NCBI GenBank assembly: GCA_041649675.1
Contig: JBAZMQ010000005.1
Span: forward strand, 9,635 to 73,634
Reading direction: 5' to 3'
DNA length: 64,000 nt
Origin: Patescibacteria group bacterium
Lineage (GTDB): Bacteria; Patescibacteriota; Patescibacteriia; Buchananbacterales; UBA6539
Below are positions 55,628-64,000 of the stretch, piece after piece (position 1 is the stretch's first letter; every line of letters begins with the position of its first letter). The notes below the pieces were generated by a model. The model was not told where the DNA came from. It saw only the letters and a list, made by a program, of their open reading frames with translations, and made no database searches. A program made the translations under genes and the position numbers.

Positions 55628-57214
55628 TTAAAAAAGTTCCTTGCCTTTCATCTCTTTGGACTTTTTGACTTTCATCAATTTTAAAATTGTTGGAGCAATA
55701 TCACCCAATTTTCCCCGATGCAATCTTCTCTTAATATGTTTAGACTCAACTAAAATAAATGGCACTGGATTTGAAGTATGTTCAGTATACACCTCGCCCG
55801 TCTCCAAGTCTAGCATCTTTTCGGCATTGCCATGATCAGCAGTCACAATTAAAGTACCTTTTTTCTTAAGAACCTCGGTTTTTAATTGGCCCAAACATTT
55901 ATCCGTATGTTCAACGGCTTTAATACACGCCTTTAAATTACCGGTATGTCCCACCATATCCGGATTGGCAAAATTAATGACCACGAATTGATACTTATGA
56001 AATTCCTTTACAACGTGATTGGTTATTTTATGAACAGACATTTCCGGCTTTTGGTCGTAAGAATTAACATTGGGTGAAGGAATCATTACCCGATCTTCAC
56101 CAGCCACCGGATCAGCATAACCGCCGTTAAAAAAATAAGTGACATGGGCATATTTTTCTTTTTCAGCAATATATAATTGTTTACGACCATCAATGACCAT
56201 TGGTAAAGTGCCCAACAAATCAGCTGAAGGATAAGCGCTTAAAATTGAATCTAGATCGGGGCCAAAATCAGTCATAGCCACAAAGGAAAAATTCTTTAAA
56301 ACTTTTTTACGCTTAAAACCGCCGGGATTATACTGATTAAAATCAGTTGTTTGAACAAATGGCTTAGCTAATTGTCTGGCCCGGTCAGACCGCAGATTGA
56401 AAAAAATCACCGCATCCCCGTTTTTTATTTTAGCAATCGGTTTACCATTATGCTGAATAACATAGGGCGGAATAAACTCATCGGTTTCACCACGGTTATA
56501 AGCCGAAGTAATGGCGGCTTGCGGGCTTTTAGCTTTAGTACCTTGGCCTAAAACCATGGCATTATAAGCCGCCTCGGTGCGATGCCAGGCTTTTTTTCGG
56601 TCCATGGCATAAAATCGGCCCGTAATTGTCGCAATCCATTCACCCGAAATTTTACCTTTAACGTCTCTATTTTTCAGTTGTCGCATTAAAGCTTCCACTA
56701 ATTTCAAAGCTGAATGCTGGGGTGAATCGCGGCCATCAGTAAATAAATGTAAATAAACATTTTGAATTTTTTTTAGCCGCGCCCAAGTTAAAAGAGCCAA
56801 TAAATGATCAGGGTCACTATGGGCACTTTGGCCGTCAGACAACATCCCCATCAGATGCAAGTCTGATTTATTTTTGACAATATGTTTGTAAGCAGCTTCA
56901 AAGGCCGTATTTTTAAAAAACTTACCAGTATTGATTTCTTTACAAATAAAAACCGCGTCTTGGTCAACAACCCGGCCAGCGCCGATATTCATGTGCCCGG
57001 CTTCGGAGTTACCGTGTTGCAATGGCGGCAAACCAACATAACCATCAGAAGCTTGAAGCTGGGTGTGCGGATAATTTTTCCAAAGACAATCAAAGTTTGG
57101 CGTTTTAGCCAACTCAATAGCATTACCCGGACTTTTAGGCGCCAAACCCCAGCCGTCCAAAATCAACAGGACAAAGGGCGGTTTTTTACCATTTTTTTTA
57201 ATCAATTTAGACAT
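55628..57214 (-). CDS. gpmI: Second iPGM paralog in tandem
   Basis: VLLILDGWG and VTADHGNAE. Similar over the full length to the preceding gene. Confidence 0.9.
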   Translation of the reverse strand: MSKLIKKNGKKPPFVLLILDGWGLAPKSPGNAIELAKTPNFDCLWKNYPHTQLQASDGYVGLPPLQHGNSEAGHMNIGAGRVVDQDAVFICKEINTGKFFKNTAFEAAYKHIVKNKSDLHLMGMLSDGQSAHSDPDHLLALLTWARLKKIQNVYLHLFTDGRDSPQHSALKLVEALMRQLKNRDVKGKISGEWIATITGRFYAMDRKKAWHRTEAAYNAMVLGQGTKAKSPQAAITSAYNRGETDEFIPPYVIQHNGKPIAKIKNGDAVIFFNLRSDRARQLAKPFVQTTDFNQYNPGGFKRKKVLKNFSFVAMTDFGPDLDSILSAYPSADLLGTLPMVIDGRKQLYIAEKEKYAHVTYFFNGGYADPVAGEDRVMIPSPNVNSYDQKPEMSVHKITNHVVKEFHKYQFVVINFANPDMVGHTGNLKACIKAVEHTDKCLGQLKTEVLKKKGTLIVTADHGNAEKMLDLETGEVYTEHTSNPVPFILVESKHIKRRLHRGKLGDIAPTILKLMKVKKSKEMKGKELF

Positions 57215-57771
57215 GCAAAAATGCTTAAAATAATTTTAATGTTTTTATCAGCTTCAACTTTACAATCTTTTAAAGTTAATAATTTATTCTTATCCTTCAT
57301 TTTTTTAATCACATACTCTATTGAATAATCAAAAGGATAACCGCGCCGGCCCATTTCGTGCAATAAGATCAGGCAACCCTCAAGAGTCACAAACTTAAAG
57401 CATTCGGCATTTTTTACAACTTCGGCAATTAGAGATTTAGTTTTAACCTTACCGTGATGAGCCTCAATGGCGTTAATAATAGTTTGCTGATCTTTAGCAT
57501 TAACGCGCCATTGATTTAAATATGGTTTAACAAATTTAGCGCTAAGATTGTAATGATTACTTTGAATTCTGCCACCGATTTTTTTATCAAAAACCGTGTG
57601 GGCCAAATACAAAGAAACTTTTACCAAATTTTTATCAACTTTATAAATCTTGGCCAGTTGTTCCCCTTTCGCTACAGCTAGCTCGGTCAAAAGCCAAGCT
57701 GGCGCGCCATTCTTCTTGGTTTGTTGGCACATTAACTTTTTAGCTTTACCTAATGTTGCAGCGGAAATCAT
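57202..57771 (-). CDS. Hypothetical protein, possibly an HD-like fold
   Basis: His-containing segments (LAHTVFD, EAHHG) only. Confidence 0.35.
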   Translation of the reverse strand: MISAATLGKAKKLMCQQTKKNGAPAWLLTELAVAKGEQLAKIYKVDKNLVKVSLYLAHTVFDKKIGGRIQSNHYNLSAKFVKPYLNQWRVNAKDQQTIINAIEAHHGKVKTKSLIAEVVKNAECFKFVTLEGCLILLHEMGRRGYPFDYSIEYVIKKMKDKNKLLTLKDCKVEADKNIKIILSIFACLN

Positions 57772-57790
57772 AATTCCAAATTCCTTTTTC

Positions 57791-59047
57791 CTATTTTAAT
57801 TCATCTTCAATCTCCATTAAGCGATTATATTTTTCCACCCGCTCACCACGGGAAATTCCAACTTTAACAAATTCGGAATTTGTGGCTACAGCCAAATCAA
57901 TCATAAATGTATCATTGGTTTCCCCACCGCCGCGGTGAGAAATAATTGACCAAAATTTATTCTGATGGGCTAACTCAATTGTTTCAACTGTTTCAGACAA
58001 GCTACCAATCTGATTAAGCTTAATTAAAATCGCATTAATTGCTTTAAGCTTAATTGCTTTTTTAAGTCGCTCAGGATTAGTCACTGTTAGATCATCGCCA
58101 ATAATCCGAACTTTTTTGCCTAGCTCTTTAGTAATTACTGGCCACCAATCCCAATCATCCTCGGCTAAAGGATCTTCCAGGGTCAAAAGCGGGTACTTGC
58201 TCACCCATTTGACAAAATAATCAATCAGCTGACGGGAAGTCAAACTTTGGTTAGTTTTAGACAGTAGATATTTACCATTCTCGTAAATTTCAGAAACTGC
58301 CGGATCGGCCGAAAGCATGACATCTTTGCCGGCTTGATAACCGGCTTTTTTAATTGCCGCCAAAATTAATTGCCATGGTTCTTCATTATTTTTCAGTCCC
58401 GGTGGCGCATAAGCTCCTTCATTACCAACGTTAGCATTTAATTTTTTTTCGTTAAGGACTTTTTTTAAAGCTAGGTAAACTTCAGCACCATAGCGCACAC
58501 ATTCTTTTATGTTTTTTCCGCCGACGGGTGTAATCATATATTCCTGCAAATCGGTTGAATTAGCCGCGTGCTTACCGCCTTCAATGACTACCATCATTGG
58601 TTTAGGTAAAGAATAATTCCGATAAGGTAAGTGATATACCTGACGTAAATAACGATACAAAGGTAATTTTTTGGAATTAGCCGCGGCGCGACAAACCGCC
58701 AAAGAAACGCCCAAAATTGCATTGCCACCAAGTTTCGACTTATTCTCTGTACCATCTAAATCAATCATAATTTTATCAACAAGCTTTTGCTGATAAGAAT
58801 CCTTACCGATTAGCCTAGGCGCAATTTTTTGGTTGATATTGACAACCGCTTTTAACATCCCGGCACCGCCGTAACGCTTTTTATCACCATCAAGTAAAAC
58901 CATAGCTTCATGAACACCGGCCGAAGCGCCAAAAGGTACCGAAGCAATACCAATCGCACCATCGCTAAGCACTACCTTGACTTCCAGCGAGGGCGTGGTG
59001 CCGGAACTTAAAATTTCTCTGGCTTTAATGGATTTTATTTTAAGCAT
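57791..59047 (-). CDS. eno: Enolase
   Basis: Full-length 418 aa with enolase signature regions (SHRSGETEDTFIADLAV-like ISHRGGGETNDTFMIDLAV). Confidence 0.9.
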   Translation of the reverse strand: MLKIKSIKAREILSSGTTPSLEVKVVLSDGAIGIASVPFGASAGVHEAMVLLDGDKKRYGGAGMLKAVVNINQKIAPRLIGKDSYQQKLVDKIMIDLDGTENKSKLGGNAILGVSLAVCRAAANSKKLPLYRYLRQVYHLPYRNYSLPKPMMVVIEGGKHAANSTDLQEYMITPVGGKNIKECVRYGAEVYLALKKVLNEKKLNANVGNEGAYAPPGLKNNEEPWQLILAAIKKAGYQAGKDVMLSADPAVSEIYENGKYLLSKTNQSLTSRQLIDYFVKWVSKYPLLTLEDPLAEDDWDWWPVITKELGKKVRIIGDDLTVTNPERLKKAIKLKAINAILIKLNQIGSLSETVETIELAHQNKFWSIISHRGGGETNDTFMIDLAVATNSEFVKVGISRGERVEKYNRLMEIEDELK

Positions 59048-59049
59048 AA

Positions 59050-59190
59050 ATTTATTAAATTCTAATATTTAAACTCTAAACAAACTAAACAAATTTTAAA
59101 TTATAAATCACAAATTCTAAAACTGTTTGAAGAATTGGAATTTAAATATTATGATTTGTTTAGGATTTAGAATTTAGTGCTTCGGATTTA
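59050..59190 (+). repeat. Palindromic intergenic repeat element, family member A in opposite orientation
   Basis: 59153-59182 (gatttgtttaggatttagaatttagtgctt) is the exact reverse complement of 19590-19619. The flanks share about 70% similarity. Confidence 0.75.
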
Positions 59191-59982
59191 CAAAACTTCA
59201 TACGTTACCATCACATCAAGAATAATATCTTGACTACCCGGTTCAATTGATGGCGCCGGAGCGGCTTCGGCCATAATGCCAGCACCCAAAGATTTCATGG
59301 CAGTATCACGATAAACCGGGATGACACCATCAGAGCCACTTTCAGTAAAGGAAACTAATTTGCCTAATCTAACACCAGCCACTTTGGCCAAAGCCTCGGC
59401 TTTTTGTCGGGCATTAGCTAAAGCTTCTTCTCTGGCTTGTTGTTTTAGCTTTTCCGGTTCATCAATGGTAAAACTCAAACTACCAACCTGATTAGCCCCT
59501 AGTTGGCCAGCCTTATCAACAATGTCACCGACTTTATCTAGGTTTCTAATTTTAACGGAAACATTTTGACTAACCTGGTAACCTCTTAGCACCTGCCGAT
59601 TATCCGTCCAATTATATTGAGGGTAAATGCTGTAATTAGTGGTGGTAATATCTTTGGCGTCAATTCCCATGTCCTTTAAAGACTTAACGATCTGATTCAT
59701 TTTTGTCGTGTTTTCTTTTTGAGCATCAGCCACACTGACTTTTTCGGTCTGAATCCCTAAAGAAATTTCAGCAATATCAGGCACGGCCGTAACCTTACCT
59801 TCACCCGAAATGCTGATAGTATAAGTTTGCTGGCTTTCCCGGCCAATATAATCATGTTTTTTGACTTCATTCCAGGTCAAAACGCCAACATAAATTGCCA
59901 GCAAAACGATTAAGATTGGGCCGACAAATTTGCAATGCCCAAATTTGTGATGGCCGCAGTAATTGTTTTTTTCATTGTCCAT
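59188..59982 (-). CDS. SIMPL-domain (DUF541) protein
   Basis: N-terminal TM segment, a His/Cys-rich segment, and the SIMPL core (DIAEISLGIQTEK...). Confidence 0.7.
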   Translation of the reverse strand: MDNEKNNYCGHHKFGHCKFVGPILIVLLAIYVGVLTWNEVKKHDYIGRESQQTYTISISGEGKVTAVPDIAEISLGIQTEKVSVADAQKENTTKMNQIVKSLKDMGIDAKDITTTNYSIYPQYNWTDNRQVLRGYQVSQNVSVKIRNLDKVGDIVDKAGQLGANQVGSLSFTIDEPEKLKQQAREEALANARQKAEALAKVAGVRLGKLVSFTESGSDGVIPVYRDTAMKSLGAGIMAEAAPAPSIEPGSQDIILDVMVTYEVL

Positions 59983-60027
59983 AGATTTGTTGGTTAAAAA
60001 ATTAAGAAATTAAATCAAGGCTTACTT

Positions 60028-61257
60028 CTATTTTTTTATTATATATTTTAAAGCTGGTAATTCTTTGCCGGCTAAAAATTCCAAGCTGGCCCCGCCGCCG
60101 GTAGAAATATGACTAATTTTATCTTCAATGTGATACTTAGCGGCCACGACTTCAGTATCACCGCCGCCAATCACGGTTATGGCTTTAGATCGGGCTACGG
60201 CTTCAGCAATTTTTTTGGTCCCAAAGGCAAATTTGTCAATTTCAAAAACTCCCATCGGGCCGTTAAAAAATATGGTTTTGGCCCGCTTAATTTCGGCCAG
60301 ATAATTGGCAATGGTTTTAGGACCGATATCTAAAAATAACCAATGGTCTCTTATTTTCTCTTTATCCGACAAATCAATCGTTTCAACCAGGGCATGCGGA
60401 TCAATTTTGTTGGCCGCCACTAAATCTAAGGGTAAAATTATTTTATTTTTATATTTTTTATAAAGTTTTTTAGCAAAATTAACAAAATTAATTTTTTTCC
60501 GCTTGGCTTTATCAACAAAAACATCCTGAACAAAGGACTGGCCGATTGGCACTTTTTTAGCTTTTAAAAATACATTGGCGCAGCCGCCGCCAATCAAAAT
60601 TTTATCGGCGACTTTTACCAACTCGGAAATTACGGCAATTTTATCAGAAATTTTTGCCCCACCTAAAATTACCACCAAAGGCCGCTTAGGATTTTTAACA
60701 ACCTGACTTAAGGCGGTAATTTCTTTTTCTAACAAAAAACCGGCATAAGTCGGTAATAAACGAGTAATACCAGTAGTTGAGGCGTGAATCCGATGAGCCT
60801 GGGCAAAAGCATCAAAGATAATTAAATCAAGTCCGTGAACCAATAACTTGGCAAAAATTTTACTATTCTCTTCTTCCTGATGATAGAAACGGACATTTTC
60901 TAACATCAAAATTTGTTTAGGTTTTAATTTTTTGATCTCAGAATATACTTTTGGTCCGACACAGTCATCAAGTTTTTTAATCGGCTGCTTTAAAATTTCC
61001 GACAATCTTTTTGCCACCGGATCCATTTTTAATTTTTCTACAACCTGGCCCTTTGGCCGGCCCAACCAAGATAAAATTACAATTTTACAATTGTTTTTCA
61101 AAAGGTATTTGATAGTGGCAACAGTTTCCCTAATCCGCCGATCATCAGCCACTATCCAGTGTTTTCCCTGCTGCTTTAAAGGCACGTCATAAGCTACTCG
61201 CAAAAGCACTCTTTTGCCTTTAAGATTTTTAATCTCCTTGATTGATTTTAATCTCAT
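60028..61257 (-). CDS. pgk: Phosphoglycerate kinase
   Basis: Full-length 409 aa with N- and C-domain PGK motifs (RVDYNVP-like, GGGASLE). Confidence 0.9.
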   Translation of the reverse strand: MRLKSIKEIKNLKGKRVLLRVAYDVPLKQQGKHWIVADDRRIRETVATIKYLLKNNCKIVILSWLGRPKGQVVEKLKMDPVAKRLSEILKQPIKKLDDCVGPKVYSEIKKLKPKQILMLENVRFYHQEEENSKIFAKLLVHGLDLIIFDAFAQAHRIHASTTGITRLLPTYAGFLLEKEITALSQVVKNPKRPLVVILGGAKISDKIAVISELVKVADKILIGGGCANVFLKAKKVPIGQSFVQDVFVDKAKRKKINFVNFAKKLYKKYKNKIILPLDLVAANKIDPHALVETIDLSDKEKIRDHWLFLDIGPKTIANYLAEIKRAKTIFFNGPMGVFEIDKFAFGTKKIAEAVARSKAITVIGGGDTEVVAAKYHIEDKISHISTGGGASLEFLAGKELPALKYIIKK

Positions 61258-61933
61258 AATATAGGCAATGATTTAATCACTTCCATTTATTAGTATTTAG
61301 TTAGTCTTTACCAATAATTATAACACAAGCCTGGAATTCAGTAAATAAAAAAAGAGACAGAAAACACCAGCTTAACAACGACGATTTTTGACAAAAGCCG
61401 TTACTTTAAAAAGTTGTCTGATGTCTTTTAGTCTCCGCTTGAGTTGGTACCACTTAACCACAGGTCAGTGGCTGCAAAGTATGACACCAAGAATTATGGC
61501 AAGAGCCGGCCTAAACCTTACTCTTTCTGCTACTGAAGGTAGGCAGCCTTGATAGCAGTTGCCAGAATACTGGGCCAACCTCCTTGAGCCAAGTTTGCTA
61601 CCAGCTCAAAGCATATCATATCTTAATACCAAAAGTTGAAAAAGTCAAAGTATTAAAAAAGGCGGCGGGTTGGCTGAAGAGAAAAACACTTTCTCTTTAT
61701 CTGCCGATTGTAAAGGTGCTTAAAAGTGTTTATCAGTATTTATCTAACATTCTGTTAAACTCTCTGTCTGCTCTAGGCAAAAATAGCTAACCCGCCAAAA
61801 GCTTAAAAAGACCAAAATAATATAATTAATACCAGCTTAACTACTCAACCATCCTACAAAATACCAGCAATAAAGTCCAGACGGCTTCCTGTTTTAACCA
61901 GATTATCTATTTTAGTTCCTTTATAATTTGGTA

Positions 61934-61962
61934 TTGACAAAATAATTATTACATTGTATTAT
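61934..61962 (+). promoter_or_regulatory. Sigma70-type promoter: TTGACA, 17-nt spacer, TATTAT
   Basis: Direct sequence match upstream of the 62039 ORF. Confidence 0.55.
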
Positions 61963-62038
61963 AATTTATCGCTCCCTGTCTGGAGTGGAATGTGAAATAA
62001 CTGGTACAGCAAAAAAACCTATTTTGGAGGAATGACCT

Positions 62039-62239
62039 ATGGCTGAAACAATGGATATCCCAATGACATGGCGGGAATGGCTGAGTGAATGGCTCAGCGT
62101 ATGCTTCTTTTTTGGGCTCTTTATCGTCTCGGGCCTTATCTTGATGGCCTTTGGCGCGGGAACCGGAGAACCCATTGGGGTTGCTCCCGGGCTCATCGTT
62201 ATAATGCTGCCCTTCATCTGGATGAAGAGAAGCAGATAA
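62039..62239 (+). CDS. Small hydrophobic membrane protein (66 aa) in a GC-rich mini-cassette
   Basis: SD GGAGGA 7 nt upstream. Two hydrophobic helices. Followed by a C-rich tract and a terminator. Confidence 0.5.
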   Translation: MAETMDIPMTWREWLSEWLSVCFFFGLFIVSGLILMAFGAGTGEPIGVAPGLIVIMLPFIWMKRSR

Positions 62240-62301
62240 AATAGCCCACACCCATCATCACCCCCCCCCTCTCTCTTCACACTTCCACCTCCCCTCTTCT
62301 T

Positions 62302-62344
62302 GAATGGCTTTTCTTAGAAATTAGAGAATGCCATTCTTTTTTTA
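62302..62344. terminator. Bidirectional rho-independent terminator
   Basis: gaatggc...gccattc followed by T8. An A-run on the other side serves the minus-strand HD gene. Confidence 0.65.
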
Positions 62345-62887
62345 TTTTAACTTAATATTATCCAATAGCTTAGGATACATTTTTTTGCCGGCCTTAGTTT
62401 TTATTATTTTTGGCAACTCTTTTTGCCAATTTTTTAATACTTTCAAAAAACTTTTTGGCTGATATTTTTCTCTCAAATGCTTTAAACACAACTTACTCAA
62501 GTTGTCTGCGTCAACAATAATTTCTTCATCAAATTTTTTAGAACGATGCTTGTCGGTTGCCTGCACTAATCTAATAACTGAATCGGTTTGGCGAGAATTA
62601 AAATCAAATTTTTGAAGAATTAGCTTAATTATTTTCGTTGAGTTCTTTGAAACCTTATGCTCAATTTTAATCATCTTTGCAAAATCAATTTTTCCTTTAG
62701 GAGCCAAACCTGACCAACCAATGTCATGAAGGTAGGCAGCAAAAATCAACAACTGCAAATCTTTTCTGCCTTTTCCTAATTTCTTTACCAAAGCTACTAC
62801 CCGTCTAGTGTGTTGCCAGTCACCCGGCCTGGCACTTTTAAAATAAGGCCTTATCACTTTGATTAATTTTTGCTCATTCAAAGTCAT
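62342..62887 (-). CDS. HD-domain phosphohydrolase
   Basis: AAYLHDIGW HD motif. Confidence 0.7.
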   Translation of the reverse strand: MTLNEQKLIKVIRPYFKSARPGDWQHTRRVVALVKKLGKGRKDLQLLIFAAYLHDIGWSGLAPKGKIDFAKMIKIEHKVSKNSTKIIKLILQKFDFNSRQTDSVIRLVQATDKHRSKKFDEEIIVDADNLSKLCLKHLREKYQPKSFLKVLKNWQKELPKIIKTKAGKKMYPKLLDNIKLK

Positions 62888-62963
62888 AATCTTTAGACTA
62901 AAGTAATCAGACTAAAATTTGCCTGATTATTCAAAAACCATCGGGGAACAGATTGGCATCGCG

Positions 62964-63050
62964 CTATTTCTTTTTTCCACCTTTGACGGATTTTTTTGGT
63001 TTAGCTTTAGCTTTTTTAGGGCCGCAGCCACAGCAACAACTGCAAGACAT
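62964..63050 (-). CDS. Candidate 28-aa Cys-rich/Lys-rich micro-ORF (MSCSCCCGCGPKKAKAKPKKSVKGGKKK)
   Basis: Lies directly after the stop of the FeS/FAD oxidoreductase gene on the same strand. Confidence 0.25.
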   Translation of the reverse strand: MSCSCCCGCGPKKAKAKPKKSVKGGKKK

Positions 63051-63085
63051 AGATTTAGATTATTAGAAATTAGGTTATCAGATTA

Positions 63086-63904
63086 TTAAATTGCGCCAGG
63101 AATATCCTTTAGCTGCTGCCAAGAAAAAACCGGGCCGTCTTTGCAAACATAATACGGCCCAATGGCACAATGCTGACAAACGCCGATACCGCAATACATT
63201 CGTCTTTCTAATGACATATAAATATCAGAATCCTTCATCCCTCTTTTCTGCAATTCCTCAATTACAGAACGATACATTGGGGGCGGGCCAACAATTAAAG
63301 CAACCGTATTACTGAAATCCTGGCTGTTACTAAACAAATTAGTTACTACGCCCCTTGTTCCTTGCCATTTTAGCGAAGGCTTATTTAGGGTAATTGCCAA
63401 ACCTATTTTTTTGCGCCAAAGATTGTATTCATCTTTAAAAAATAAATTTGCTTCAGTCAAAGCCCCATAAAAAATATCTAACTTTTTGACCAATAATTTT
63501 TGGGCTAAATAATCCAAAGCGAAAGAACGCATAGTAATAAAGCCGCAACCACCGCCAATTAAAAGCAATTCTTTATCTTTGTATTTTACTTGCTCTAAAC
63601 CGTTACCAAATGGCCCCCGAACAGTCACTAAGTCACCAACCTTTAATTGGTGCAATTTATTAGTTAAACTGCCAACTTTTCTAATCGCCAATTCAAACGT
63701 ATTAAGTTTAACTGTTGAAGAACAAATATCAAAAGCGGCTTCACCTAAACCCATCAGGCCCACCAGTAAAAATTGACCGTGAGTAAAACAAAAATTAGCT
63801 TTGTCTTTTTTGTCAATAAACTCCAAAGTAAAAAGTTTAGCGTCAACCGCCTCTAACTTGATCTTTTTTACCTTAGCAATTTTTGGCAAATACGGATTAA
63901 ACAT
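63086..63904 (-). CDS. FAD/NAD(P)-binding oxidoreductase with a C-terminal [2Fe-2S] cluster (PyrK/AsrB/sulfhydrogenase-gamma-like)
   Basis: Ferredoxin-reductase fold motifs (VGDLVTVRGPFG, LLLIGGGCG) and CGIGVCQHCAIG...C. Confidence 0.75.
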   Translation of the reverse strand: MFNPYLPKIAKVKKIKLEAVDAKLFTLEFIDKKDKANFCFTHGQFLLVGLMGLGEAAFDICSSTVKLNTFELAIRKVGSLTNKLHQLKVGDLVTVRGPFGNGLEQVKYKDKELLLIGGGCGFITMRSFALDYLAQKLLVKKLDIFYGALTEANLFFKDEYNLWRKKIGLAITLNKPSLKWQGTRGVVTNLFSNSQDFSNTVALIVGPPPMYRSVIEELQKRGMKDSDIYMSLERRMYCGIGVCQHCAIGPYYVCKDGPVFSWQQLKDIPGAI

Positions 63905-63912
63905 AATAAAAA

Positions 63913-64000
63913 TTATTTAACTTTTCCTTTCAAAATTCTTTGCAGGTTTTCTTTAATATCAATACCAACCGGACAAACTTTGGTACACCGGCCGCAACCA
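63913..64000 (-). CDS. Partial 4Fe-4S ferredoxin-domain protein (C-terminus only). Likely the GltD/sulfhydrogenase-beta-like partner.
   Basis: The reverse complement encodes ...GCGRCTKVCPVGIDIKENLQRILKGKVK*. It runs off the window edge. Confidence 0.5.
   Translation of the reverse strand, partial: GCGRCTKVCPVGIDIKENLQRILKGKVK

Noticed and set aside
61949-62280. Two overlapping minus-strand ORFs (100 and 104 aa) opposite the 66-aa membrane-protein gene
   Set aside because: They are artefacts of local GC richness. The plus-strand ORF has the promoter, the SD and the terminator.

Overview
This is a low-GC (roughly 36-38%) bacterial segment with compact housekeeping content, and most core genes have no Shine-Dalgarno motif. 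That fits a small-genome uncultivated lineage such as a CPR/Patescibacteria-like organism, but that is my inference, not a database result.

Recognisable housekeeping genes:
- RNA modification and tRNA charging: rlmN, a TrmH/SpoU methyltransferase, rluB, gltX, serS, lysS, proS.
- Other translation and transcription: def-fmt, frr, greA, holB.
- A glycolytic block on the minus strand: pgk, a SIMPL protein, eno, a hypothetical, then two tandem gpmI (iPGM) paralogs.

Cell-envelope genes make up a large share of the window:
- Cell shape and wall: mreB-mreC-mreD-mrdA, a second mreB paralog, alr, ddl, ftsQ, an M23 peptidase, rseP.
- Polysaccharide synthesis: a MOP-family flippase, an O-antigen-ligase-like protein, one GT4, five GT2 (one of them a processive cellulose-synthase-like enzyme with a QxxRW motif), a WecB/TagA GT26 and a clan GH-A hydrolase.

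Other recognisable elements: an ArsR/SdpI-like pair, a cupredoxin lipoprotein, and two members of an AmmeMemoRadiSam-type system (a MEMO1-like protein and a radical SAM enzyme) separated by a secreted repeat protein.

Several things are not ordinary:
- At least seven compact, locally GC-elevated cassettes carry a near-consensus sigma70 promoter (TTGACA-17-TAtaAT), a strong GGAGG ribosome-binding site and a rho-independent terminator. They encode small membrane, secreted or zinc-ribbon proteins, and one has no ORF.
- Two ORF-free structured regions of about 0.7-0.9 kb lie at 27.9-28.7 kb and 30.9-31.7 kb.
- A dispersed family of roughly 130-nt palindromic intergenic repeats shares an identical 30-nt core at two loci. 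A related palindrome sits in frame inside the O-antigen-ligase gene.
- One small membrane-protein gene has an in-frame TGA followed by 58 more open codons.
- There are Cys-rich and Lys-rich micro-ORFs.

I could not recognise any tRNA, rRNA, CRISPR array, transposase or canonical defence gene.
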